Of a stretch of 27,106 nucleotides of DNA, positions 10,963 to 21,029 are shown one piece after another (within the stretch, counting starts at the first letter, position 1; each line of letters begins with the position of its first letter). The stretch spans positions 62,001-89,106 of the forward strand of contig BAAIJX010000071.1 of NCBI GenBank assembly GCA_054600435.1, given 5' to 3'. The notes under the pieces are model-generated. The model had not been told where the DNA came from and made no database searches. It saw only the letters and a program-made list of their open reading frames with translations. A program made the position numbers and the translations under genes. Source of the stretch: Neophaeotheca triangularis. Lineage: Eukaryota.

Positions 10963-13499
10963 TCACGTATACCCCTGACTCTGATCCACGAACCCAGAAA
11001 ACGCATTGTCATCCACTCGGACTCTCTCGCGTTCGTTGAGAAGGGCCTGATACTAAACCGTCATAGTCAGCAACCAGCGCTCTTCAACCCTTCAAAGCGC
11101 ACGTCTGAAAAGAAAGAACTCACCTTAAACCCGAAATTCAGCACCAATGCCACCATCAAACCCACACAAACCACGACCGGCCCGAGCAACGCATCGAAAT
11201 CCCTCCCACTTCTCCCCTCAATCAACCGACTGCGCCAAACATAAACTCCCCAACCCCACACACCCGCAAAAACTGCCACGAGCGTATAAACGACCGCAAG
11301 ACCGCGCGCGATATTGTTATCAACACCCGCGGCGTTATAGAGTCCCAGCGACAAGGAGGCGAGGAGGACGCTGACGTGTTGCCATTTGACGAAAGTGCGT
11401 TGGTTGGCGAGCCAGACCTTGGCTTCGACCTTGACTGGGCCGGCGTCTTTGATCCAGGTTTCTGGGGCCGAGACACCGGGGGGAAGAGGGGTGGCGGATC
11501 GGTGGCGGCGGGAGTATTTGGAAGTGCTGAAGGAGGGGAGGAGGTCTTTGAGTTTGCTGCGGTTGGTGGAGGGGGCCTGGTTGGAGGAAGAGGCTGGGGG
11601 TTGGGTGCTGGTTTGGAGAGTTTGTGCGCCTGTCTCGTCTTCGTCGGCTTCTTCTGCGACGTCAGTGACGGCGGTTTGTTGCGCCGTGGCTGCTGTGGAG
11701 GATTTGCGGGCGGCGGCGGGCATACTGGAGTTCTGGACGGAGGGGGAGCCGACGGGAGAGATGATGGCGCTGGATTTGCTGCGCTGGGGTTTGGAGCGGG
11801 GGGAGCCGCCGCTTGGATGGGAGGATTTGAGGAGGCTGCCAACTGCGAACTCGTCGTCGCGCTCTTTTTGCTTTTTGGCCTGTTCTTCGTGGAAGGCCTC
11901 TTCGGGGTCGCGTCGAATGTCCGTTTCTACCTCGCTAAGCCAGAAGGGAAATGTGTTGACGTAGTCTTCGAAAAGTTGGGCCACGCCGTGGACAAATTTG
12001 CTGAAGCGCGGTGCGGGCTTGACTAGGTGGCTGGTCATGAGGTCGTCTATCCACTCGCTTGACTTTTTGGTTGAGTTGCGGATTTTGACTTCGAGGAGGG
12101 CAAAAGGGAAGCGGGTGATTTCACCCTTACGGATGGACTTGAAGGGGTATCCTAATTCTTGGTCGTCAATGTCTGTGCGGTGCCAGCTGTCAGGGTCGCG
12201 ACAGGGCCGGTCGGTATCGAGAGCGTCTTCCCGGATAAAGGCAAGATCAGTGTCAAGGGAGATACGGACACGATCATCGCCAGGAATCTGGAAAGCAGTA
12301 CGAGTGTAGTTTGCGCGAAGGACAGGTTGCAGATTGTTCTCTTTGATCAGACTCTGGATCTCCGAAACGGCTGATTGAAGTTGTTGGACTTCGTCACTCT
12401 CAGGTCCGGCTCTGTTTGACATTTTCCCGATCTGCTTGTCCATTTTGTATTGCCCAGAGATGAAAGGCTGCACATATTTGTCCTTTGTTCTGAGCTTCTC
12501 CTCGGCGCTGGTGTCGTCATCTCGTACAGTCTTCTTTTCCATCCAGATCTGCGGTCTGTTCTTGAGTTGACCGTACCATCTGAGCCTGAGGCTGGATGCC
12601 GTGCCGTGGTCAACCTTGTTGCTGTAGAGGTTGAAGGAAGGGTTGTCGAAGTAGATGCTGGTGATGGAAGGATCCGGTTGGTTGCCTTCCGCTACCTTTT
12701 CCGTCTGCGGATTGTATACCAACACTGGCAGTCTTCGTAATATCTGCGTCTTGACCTCGAGCAGATTCTCTGGATGCACCCAAAACTTATGGCTCACATA
12801 ATCCTCCTTGGCGGTATGCTGGCTAGAGCTCATACTCTTACCACGGTCTTCCGCACCTTCAAGGTTTTGACGTACAAAAGAGTACATCGCCGAGAGTCGG
12901 TACAGCAGGGGACTGTAGTCTTCCTTGTTGAAGGGCAGATTGGATAGCCGAACTTGCAGCAGAGGGCGGACTCGGTAAGCATGGCCCCTCTTACGGTCAT
13001 GCTTCTTGGCCGCCTTGAGGAATCCGGCGTAGTTGATGCGACTGTACTTTTCGAGTTCGTTCGTCTCCTTGGTGATGTTGTCTAGCTCGGATAAGACTTC
13101 CTCGAGGACCTTTTGCTTGGTGGACTCGCTGGGGACGGCCTTCTTGCCATTGGAACCCTCGCCATTGGCGTTGCTCTCGCCAGTCTCTGTAGCCTCATAC
13201 TTCTCGGCACCATTAATGCCATCCAGCTTGCTCTCACACTTGGCCGCCCTTTCCTGAAGCTTCTCGCGGGTGTCTTTATGGAAGCTGTGTACCTTTTCCA
13301 GCTGAGTGTTCACTAGCTCGTCCACGAATGCACCCTCATCGTCCTCGGTCCATTCGTCGTTCCCAGTCGACGTGTTCCTCTCTGGGCTTCCGGGTCTTGA
13401 TTCGTCTTCCTTGAGCAGCTTCTTAAGCTTGGCATAGTCGATGTACTGACCCTTCCAGGGCTCGTAGGTGCTCTGCTGCAATTGCTTTCCGAAACGCAT
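10963..13499 (-). CDS. VTC2: Vacuolar transporter chaperone subunit Vtc2/Vtc3 type (SPX + VTC/TTM + DUF202); about 821 aa; exons 13499-11124 and 11052-10963
   Basis: SPX (MRFGKQL...YIDYAKLKK; INYAGFLKAAKKHDR), VTC domain (KFWVHPENLLEVK, SIYFD, LRLRWYG, YTRTAFQIPGDDRVRISLDT, FSKFVHG) and the Vtc2/3-type VKVEAKVWLANQRTF followed by three TM helices. A terminal 71-nt intron (GTGAGT...CTGAC...TTAG) gives NFGFK|YQALL...GYT*. Confidence 0.9.
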
Positions 13500-13744
13500 G
13501 GTATAGAAAAGCGTGAAAGAGACGGTCCACCAATTGCTCCAACTTGTTTGGCAGAAACAAAGAGAAAAACTTAAGGCCTCCACTGTGTCGAGGGAGTTCC
13601 CAAGGCGAGGGTGCTAGCGGGCAGCCACCGGCTGAGCAGACACAATTGACCAATCGGAGAGCTTGACGAAGCACATGGTCAGCTCGGCGATAAGATGGAA
13701 CAAGATAAGATTGGAAAGTGTCGACTCCGTCTCGACATATCGGA

Positions 13745-13763
13745 TGTATACCTAAGGTATACA
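13745..13763. promoter_or_regulatory. 19-bp palindrome TGTATACCT-A-AGGTATACA in the VTC/Nudix bidirectional promoter
   Basis: Perfect 9-bp inverted arms with a 1-nt centre, about 70 nt upstream of the Nudix ATG. The palindrome is directly visible; its regulatory role is inferred. Confidence 0.5.
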
Positions 13764-13831
13764 GCGGCCTTCCTAGTCCTACTATCCACTTTCCCCCTAC
13801 CCCCTCATCTCTGCTTCCACCCTCAGCGATC

Positions 13832-15259
13832 ATGGCCTCCACCAATTCTGCCTCGGCTGAGGACGATGGATCCAACACAACCATCCCACGCACTCATTCC
13901 GTTATCCGATCCCTAATCGACAATCCCTACCCTCCCCTAGAAAGCCCTCCCGATATGAAAAAGCGCGCATCAGTCGCTCTTGTCGTCCGAATAAGCCCCT
14001 CCTACGATCATTGGCCGAGCAAAGATACGCCTCAAACCACAAATCTTGACGACTTCTTCGCTCAAGACTGGGTCCAGCACGGCTCCCCCGAAGTCCTGTT
14101 CATCAAACGAGCATCGCGGAAAGGAGACAGATGGACAAGCCACGTCGCACTTCCAGGCGGACGAAGAGATCCCGAAGATGTCGACGATGCCGCAGCAGCA
14201 GTGCGCGAAACATGGGAAGAAGTCGGTCTGGATCTGCAGGCATACGCGGTGCCCGCGGGAAACCTCCCCCAACGCCTCGTCACGACCCACTGGGGCAAGA
14301 AACCCCTCATGGTACTCTGCCCTTACATCTACCTCTTAACCACGCACGCCGTCCCACCGCTCCGCCTCCAACCCACCGAAGTCGCCAGTACGCACTGGGT
14401 CCCCATCCCCTCCCTCTTATCCCCTACCAACCGCACTGTAGCCTTCGAAGACGTCTCCTCACGCCTGGCGCACTCGGAAACCGGCGTAACAAAATGGATG
14501 CTCTCGCTCATCCTGGGAAAAATGCTCTTCGCAGCCATTAACCTCACCCCCACCGAATCCCTTCACTCCTCCCAAACCCCCGGCCTGCGCGAAAATCGCT
14601 ACACCCAGCCCTCCACCTCCAGCAGATTAGAGCGCTACTTTGGCGCCGCGTTACGAGCGGATTGGTTCCATCAATACCCCGACCCGCCTAGAGAATTGCC
14701 TCTCACACTCTGGGGACTTACTCTCGGCGTTATCAGCGATTTTCTAGACGCTTTCCCCCCGCACACCGCGCTGGAAATGTGGACGTACCCCACTTTCACC
14801 CCGCTGGACGTGCGCTTCGCAGTCTGGTTACTGACCTGGCGCTTCAAAGCTCGCAAACGAGCCGAGTTACAAGCAGGCACAATGGGCAGAGTCGACGACG
14901 GCGCAACGAGCAAGAAGAGCAGCCAACACTCCCGTGAGCAAGCGAGCTACGGCGGCGCAACCGAGAGTGTCGTTCTGGTCCACCGACCTGACGAAATGGG
15001 CAGGCCGGATGAAACGGGTCTGCACGGTTTGGGCACGGGGTCTCCCGATCAGGATAGGAGGTCTGCGGTCGGCACTATGCTTGAAGGGTTCGTTTTTGAG
15101 ACTTGCCGGTTTGAGGCGCTGTTGCCGCGGATTGCTGATCGTGCTAGGTATTACGATATCGTGAGGCGAGCGGTCGGGGCTGCGTTGATCGGGAGGGCGG
15201 GGTTGTTGGTTGTGTTGGGTGTGGTTGCTTGGAGGAGGTGGAGGCGGACGAGAGGGTGA
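13832..15259 (+). CDS. Nudix hydrolase (CoA-pyrophosphatase-like subgroup) with C-terminal TM helix; about 455 aa; probable exons 13832-15087 and 15148-15259
   Basis: RASVALVVR...EVLFIKRASRKGDRWTSHVALPGGRRDPED...AAVRETWEEVGLDL Nudix box, LQPTEVAS and LWGLTLGV; hydrophobic tail AGLLVVLGVVAW followed by RRWRR. Probable 60-nt in-frame intron GTTCGT...CTGAT...CTAG. The start ATG was chosen by context. Confidence 0.85.
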   Translation: MASTNSASAEDDGSNTTIPRTHSVIRSLIDNPYPPLESPPDMKKRASVALVVRISPSYDHWPSKDTPQTTNLDDFFAQDWVQHGSPEVLFIKRASRKGDRWTSHVALPGGRRDPEDVDDAAAAVRETWEEVGLDLQAYAVPAGNLPQRLVTTHWGKKPLMVLCPYIYLLTTHAVPPLRLQPTEVASTHWVPIPSLLSPTNRTVAFEDVSSRLAHSETGVTKWMLSLILGKMLFAAINLTPTESLHSSQTPGLRENRYTQPSTSSRLERYFGAALRADWFHQYPDPPRELPLTLWGLTLGVISDFLDAFPPHTALEMWTYPTFTPLDVRFAVWLLTWRFKARKRAELQAGTMGRVDDGATSKKSSQHSREQASYGGATESVVLVHRPDEMGRPDETGLHGLGTGSPDQDRRSAVGTMLEGFVFETCRFEALLPRIADRARYYDIVRRAVGAALIGRAGLLVVLGVVAWRRWRRTRG

Positions 15260-16395
15260 TGGGGAAGAATTGTTGATACTTGAGGATTGTAAGATTGGAG
15301 TTGCTGTATGAGCTGGATCGACAGTACTGAAGATACCCGGATTTATCCTGTAAGATTTGAAAGAGATGCCGCCCCAGGCCAGACCTTGTGATTTGCCCAG
15401 CAATTCCCCGAGGTCTGTACTTCACAAAGGTACGTCCACCGAGACGGTCAGGAGATAATCTGTCCTTGCCGGGAGGCCCAAAACGTGATTCAGGCAGGAC
15501 CACCTCAACCATCCCGGCGCCTTGATAAAAATCAAACAACAAGGCAATCATCACTTCCACAGCTCAGTCGAACCATCGACTACGCTTTCGGCCACATCTA
15601 CCGGCGCCACGTGCGGACAGTGCCCGCAACTGAATGCTCACAGACTTCGGGGAATTCTGAAAGTGTCTACTTGCACCTCACCGAGGGTCTGGCACGATTT
15701 CGTCATACTCTTCACCCCGAGCTTCCACGTGGGCTTATGAGATCCTTGGGCTTGCTCGGCTTCGATCGAGGTCAAGACTTGCCCGTGTTAGGGGTTTACC
15801 TGAACTTCCCCAACGCCCGCCATCCCGAAAATCGCTTCTAGGGAGCGAGGACTGAGTTTCCAACACCAGTACTCCGGACGCAGAGCTAATCTAACGGCGG
15901 CAGCTACTAAAAGTCATTTGGGCCCTCGGCACCGGGGAGAGCGGTTTAATGAAGAATCGAGAAAATTGTTGGTACTCTCGGCCATGGGACTCATTTGGAC
16001 TCGTTGAAGCGCAGGTTGAAGAAACTTGATTCGCGTCACAGTCAGCTCAAGAGCTATGGGACGAATTGTGTCAGGGCGCTGGGGGTATTGGACGTGGAGA
16101 CCTTGGCTCCTTTTAAAAGTGGCAATCGTACAAAGATGTCATACCTCCACAACCAGATACAACCCCGTATGGACCTGTCTAGACGAATGGTCGTCGGCCG
16201 CGCGAGTCCCAAGACTGAGAGGCCTTTCCTCGGCTACAGTCAGGAGCAATGAATCCAAGAGGTCAAAACGAAGTACCACACCAGACAGCAAAAGAGCAAA
16301 AGAAACTTCCTGCTGTGGTGGACAGGAGAAGAAACCATTTAACTCAATGGATACCTTTTGGCTGGTTTGCTTTTTATTCGAACCACTCCCAACCC

Positions 16396-16460
16396 TGTCG
16401 AGTGGGGATTCGAACTAGCGACTTTCTTAAACTGAAGGCTCGCTACTAGTGGCCCTTGAT
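16396..16460 (-). pseudogene. Possible decayed tRNA (Leu-AAG-like) or Pol III B-box relic
   Basis: The minus strand reads atcaagggcc...cagtttaag...GTTCGAATCCCCACTCGACA, with a B-box/T-loop and a tRNA-Leu-like 3' end. The stems do not pair properly, so it is not a functional tRNA. The resemblance is from memory, not from an alignment. Confidence 0.25.
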
Positions 16461-16986
16461 CGATCCGCGGGGAAACTAATCCCAGTCAGAGACCTTGCCA
16501 TTAACCTAGGCAGCTATGTGTTTCGGGTCTTCCCCCCGAATTTACGTGATCACATTTGTTTTGCTGGCTTACTGAGTAAGCAGTACGTAGCGTCTCTTAT
16601 ATGTTCAGGGGTCAGAAGTGCTGTGTACACTGTAGCCTGGAAGTAGTGAAGCGGCTCGGCGCTCCCTTGGCTTCACTGTTGCCAGCTCACTCTAAGAACA
16701 GGAATTGAGACGAGCTCAGCAGCGCCAGGGACGAAACTCACAAATGATGAATGAAGTCCAAGAAGTAGCTTTTCCGCAACAGGTGATTAGGCATACAGAA
16801 ACAACAGAGTTTGCTGCAAAGCGAGTACCGATGTGAATTAATATCGAAAGCCGCAGTCAGATCGTACAAAACCTGCCGAGAAATGGTGGTCCATTTCCGC
16901 TCGCTACAGCCTCTCATACTCCGCAAACGCCCCCACGCTGATGCGAGATTCATGCAGAACAACCGCTCCGCCACCTCATCCATCCC

Positions 16987-18273
16987 TCACAAAGTCGCAG
17001 TAGGAAAATAATACTGATCCCAAAGAAACTCATAATCCTCAACAACATTCCCCACCATATCCAACAAAAATCTACCCCTCAACTTATGCGCAAAACCTTG
17101 CACGACGCCCTTGGTGACATTATCGTAGAAAGCGCCGCGCATCGCCCACCAACTGAGCGCCCAGTTTCGTTTCCGTAGCTCCTCGCGCTCGAGTTGTGTC
17201 AACCCTCTAGCTGTGCCGCCTGGTCTGCTGGTCTCGAGGTGTTGATTGTGAAGTTGGCGGGCGAGGAGCTCGATGCCAATGCCTAGTAGCCAGGGGCGCC
17301 AGTCGGCGGCAGGGGAGCGACGGATTGCGGTTGGGTTTGCTGGGTTGAAGGGCGTCGGTTGCTGTTTTTGAGAGTAGTAGGCCATGCTGACTGCGTAGGC
17401 GACCGGGCGCAGGATGTAGAGGATTTCGGCCAGGGTGGATAGGCCTGAGGTGCGGTGCAAGAGGTTCTTGGCGGGTTTGATATCTTCGGCCGTTAGGACT
17501 TTGGAGAGGAGGTAGCTGCTGATGTCTTCGGAGGTGGGGAGGGGTGGTAGGGTTAGCGAGGTGCGCGGCATGGTCCATTGCTCCGAGCCGGCTAGGGAGT
17601 TTTCGGATTGAGGTGAGGGGAGGGGGTTTTCGTTGGCGGTGAAGGCGAGGTCGGGGTCGGGGGGGCCGGTGAGTGTCGGTTCGTCTGGCATTTCGCGTTC
17701 GGGGAGGGGTGGGTTGAGGAGGGGTCGAGAGTTTGTCAGGCGCAGGAGGAATAGTCGGCAGAGAGCTTTGATCATTTCGAGGAGGACTACAACATTCCAG
17801 CGTGCTTTCTCGCCGCGGCGTTTGGCTAGCATTTCTACTAGCAGTTCGGTGTATTGGAGGACTTGTAGGGTTGTAGCTGTGCGACGATAGGTAGGGCTTT
17901 TGGCAGAGTAGAAGCGTGTATATCGGCTGTGAGGGGTTTGTTGTCGTGGAGAGCGGTTTTTGAGAGACAAGGCGAGGGCGCGGGAGAGGAGGGAGTCATG
18001 GTAGAGGGAGAGGACTTGCACGGAGGAGTGGAGGGTTTCGGATGCGACCTCTGATTCTCGAAAACGTCCTGGCAAACGTAGTTAGTATCTGTACCAGCTG
18101 TGTAATATTGCCGACATACCAGGAATGATATATGTCAGAGAGCGCAGAGCACCCTCAATCTGTCCCACTGCGCCGGCGTTTTTGGTGATGAAGTCGGAGT
18201 ACATGTTTAGCCATTTGGGAGGCATGCTGACGGCAACGCGAGTCTGCTTGACCGCGCCCTTGACATGTTCCAT
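16987..18273 (-). CDS. PEX16: Peroxisomal membrane biogenesis protein Pex16; about 411 aa; exons 18273-18120 and 18068-16987
   Basis: WLNMYSDFITKNAGAVGQIEGALRSLTYIIPG|RFRESEVASETLHSSVQVLSLYHDSLL, LQYTELLVEM, AEILYILRP, LTQLEREELRKR...WWAMRGAFYDNVTK and the C-terminal DYEFLWDQYYFPTATL. 51-nt intron GTATGT...CTAAC...CAG. Confidence 0.93.
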
Positions 18274-18614
18274 GCTGACCGGCAGCTGAACTTGGAGGCT
18301 GTTTGTGGTAGAAGTGAGCGAAGGGATGGAGTATGGATTGTCGCGAGTGTCACGAGATGACGTGAAGTCGGAGTCGAAAGCGCGAGTCATGTTGAGCCTC
18401 GGCGAAACATCACGACGGTTGCCCATACGTACTTGGCGCTAATGGGGCACCTTTTGCGTCTGTGCATCCGTCATCAGTCTACATGTCACCCGACTTCACA
18501 TGCATTGGCGGGACTTTGAGCTCGAGGTCGATCAATATATTCATCGACTACAAATACACATTACACAGGGGTCTGAGTTTGGATTGAGTCGAACACCTTC
18601 CTTCTAATCGCAAC

Positions 18615-19997
18615 ATGAAAGCAATACGATCTCCTGTGCTGGATGCAGCATACCGAAGCTGTACAAAACCACGTCCATCTCCTAATGCCTTTCCTCGCAA
18701 GCAACACCTTTCTCGAGTACAACGCAGATGGCAATCAAACGATGGCCAAAGACCCCCAGACCTCAATGCACGACCTCCACCACCCCCGGGCAACGTCCCT
18801 GGTAAAACCACCATAGTTGCACCCAAAGCCCGTCTGGCCGTTGGAGTAGTCTTTGTTGGAGCTCTAATCTACTCAATGGTGCGCTCCCTCAATCATCCCC
18901 CATCCCCAAGACAGTTCAGTTCCTGACCATCACTCACACTACAGGCCACAGGCGATTCAAACGACACCACCACCCCCAACTCCTCCAACAAACTCCAACT
19001 CGAACCCCCCACAATCGCCGAACGCGACAACCTGAGCAAACGCGAATCAGGCGTCACCGCCGCCTCACCCATGCGCCTACGCATGGAATCCTTCATCAAA
19101 GAAAAGCAAAAGGAAATAATTGCCGCGCTCGAGTCCATCGACGGCACCCCCTTCACAATCGACAAATGGGAACGACCCAACGGCGGCGGCGGCATAACCT
19201 GCGTGCTGCAAGACGGCGCGGTGTTCGAAAAAGCCGGCGTCAACACCAGCGTCGTCTACGGCACCCTCCCTCGCGCGGCCATTGAAAAAATGCGCGCAAA
19301 CCACAAAGCCCTGGACCCAGACGTCGAGAGTCTCGAGTTCTTTGCCGCGGGCCTCTCCCTCGTCCTGCACCCCCGCAACCCCATGGCTCCCACCGTGCAC
19401 CTAAACTACCGCTACTTCGAGACCGCAAACTCCGACGGCAGCACCAATGCCTGGTGGTACGGGGGCGGTACAGACCTCACCCCCTCCTACCTCTTCGACG
19501 AAGACGTCATCCACTTTCACGCAACCATCAAAGCCGCCTGCGACGCCCACGACAAAAACTACTACTCCCGTTTCAAAAACTGGTGCGATTCCTACTTCCA
19601 CATCCCGCACCGCGCTGAGACCCGCGGCGTCGGCGGCATCTTCTTCGACGACCTCGACGAGAGCGAAAAAGACCAGGAATCCCTCTTCCACTTCATCCAA
19701 TCCGCGCTGGGCGCTTTCTTGCCTTCCTATCTCCCCATTCTGGAGAAACGTAAAGACATGCCCTATGGGGAGAAGGAGAAGTTATGGCAGCAGTTGAGAA
19801 GGGGCCGGTATGTGGAATTTAATTTGGTGCACGATAGGGGTACGGCATTTGGATTGAACACGCCTGGGGCGCGGATTGAGAGTATTCTGATGAGTTTGCC
19901 GCTTACGGCTAGGTGGCAGTACATGCATGAGCCCGAGAAGGGGTCTCGGGAGGAGAGGCTGATGACTGTGTTGAAGAAGCCGGTGGAATGGGTGTAA
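18615..19997 (+). CDS. HEM13: Oxygen-dependent coproporphyrinogen III oxidase with N-terminal presequence and TM; about 438 aa; exons 18615-18878 and 18945-19997
   Basis: GGGGITCVLQDGAVFEKAGVN, SLVLHPRNPMAPTVHLNYRYFE, WWYGGGTDLTP, RGVGGIFFDD and QLRRGRYVEFNLVHDRGTAFGL...ESILMSLP. A 66-nt intron (GTGCGC...CTGAC...CAG) links the upstream exon in frame. Confidence 0.96.
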
Positions 19998-20271
19998 GAA
20001 CTGGGAAGACATGGTAAGTGTGAGTGTAAAGTTGATATAGGCGGCCGTGGAGTCGATGTAAAATCTTACAGAGGGCGGCGTAAGATTCAACTCGTAGAAG
20101 GGCAGTGAAGTGGGGCGCAAAACACCAGACATGTCGAGGACGAGGGGGGCCGCGAATCGTGAAAGTATGTACAAACTCAACCACCATGTATACAAGCTTC
20201 TGCAATCTCGGATCTCAAACAGTTCCACGGCACTGCGCCTTCTCCAGCTTCCACGGCTTTCGGGGTCCTTC

Positions 20272-20274
<3 letters not shown>

Positions 20275-20302
<28 letters not shown>
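20275..20302 (+). repeat. (AG)14 microsatellite
   Basis: Directly visible in the HEM13/GBE convergent intergenic region. Confidence 0.97.
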
Positions 20303-20357
20303 CTAGCTAGTAGAGGTGCGAGGCAGGAGAGAAGGTACCTATAAGATAGCATAGGAT

Positions 20358-20394
20358 AAGACAAGACAAGACAAGACAAGACAAGACAAGACAA
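20358..20394 (+). repeat. (AAGAC)7 pentamer microsatellite
   Basis: Directly visible. Confidence 0.95.
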
Positions 20395-21029
20395 CCAAAC
20401 GGGACGCGATGGGACTGGACGGGGCGGGGGCAGAACGGGATCGAGGAGAAAACCTGGAGGAACGGAAGACGAGACACAAAAAAAAAAAATGGGAGGGGGA
20501 GAAAGGATAGATAGAGTACTTCAGGCCAGAGATGGAAAGAATACTAATGCGCTATGCCCGACTATCGATAACCAACAACGCACATGCAAATTTACTACAG
20601 GAGATGAGGCAAGGCAAGGGACGCATAGCAAGCAGGGCAAAATCCGATCGAATCCCATACAACACTCTCCATCCCCCCTCTTAAAAACCTCTTCCAAGAA
20701 GGAAGGTTTTCTCCCTCCCTCTCCAGAGTTCCCCTGCCACCAGCTCAAACTCGGCTAGGAACAAGATCGTAGACTCCACTTAGAAGCAACGGCAACAGCG
20801 AAGAATAGATAAGACTCAAAAGGCAGCCAGCCAGCTAGTAGCCATGCTACTCTATACTCATGCCTACTCACTCATTCACTCACTTCCCTCTCTCGCAGGT
20901 GGGGGCGGGGGCGTCTGCCAATCATCGCAAACCCTCCCTCCCACCCAGTGATCCACAACTACGGACGGAATTGCAGCCTCGAGTACGCAAGACCCTACAC
21001 GCTCGCCTCCATCGAAAGCTCTCTCTCCC

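Noticed and set aside
11067..11123. VTC C-terminus VSSFFSDVRFEGLKSAGC from the ORF track
   Set aside because: Begins with a GTGAGT donor and contains a branch site; interpreted as intron read-through.
11222..12026. Three ORFs of about 200 aa overlapping the VTC 3' half
   Set aside because: Produced by the skewed, stop-poor composition; only the VTC frame has conserved motifs.
10963..13499. Assignment as catalytic Vtc4
   Set aside because: The KFWVHPENLLEVK and VEAKVWLANQRTF motifs match the Vtc2/3 type rather than Vtc4 (KYWVH, VEPKVYFAxERT).
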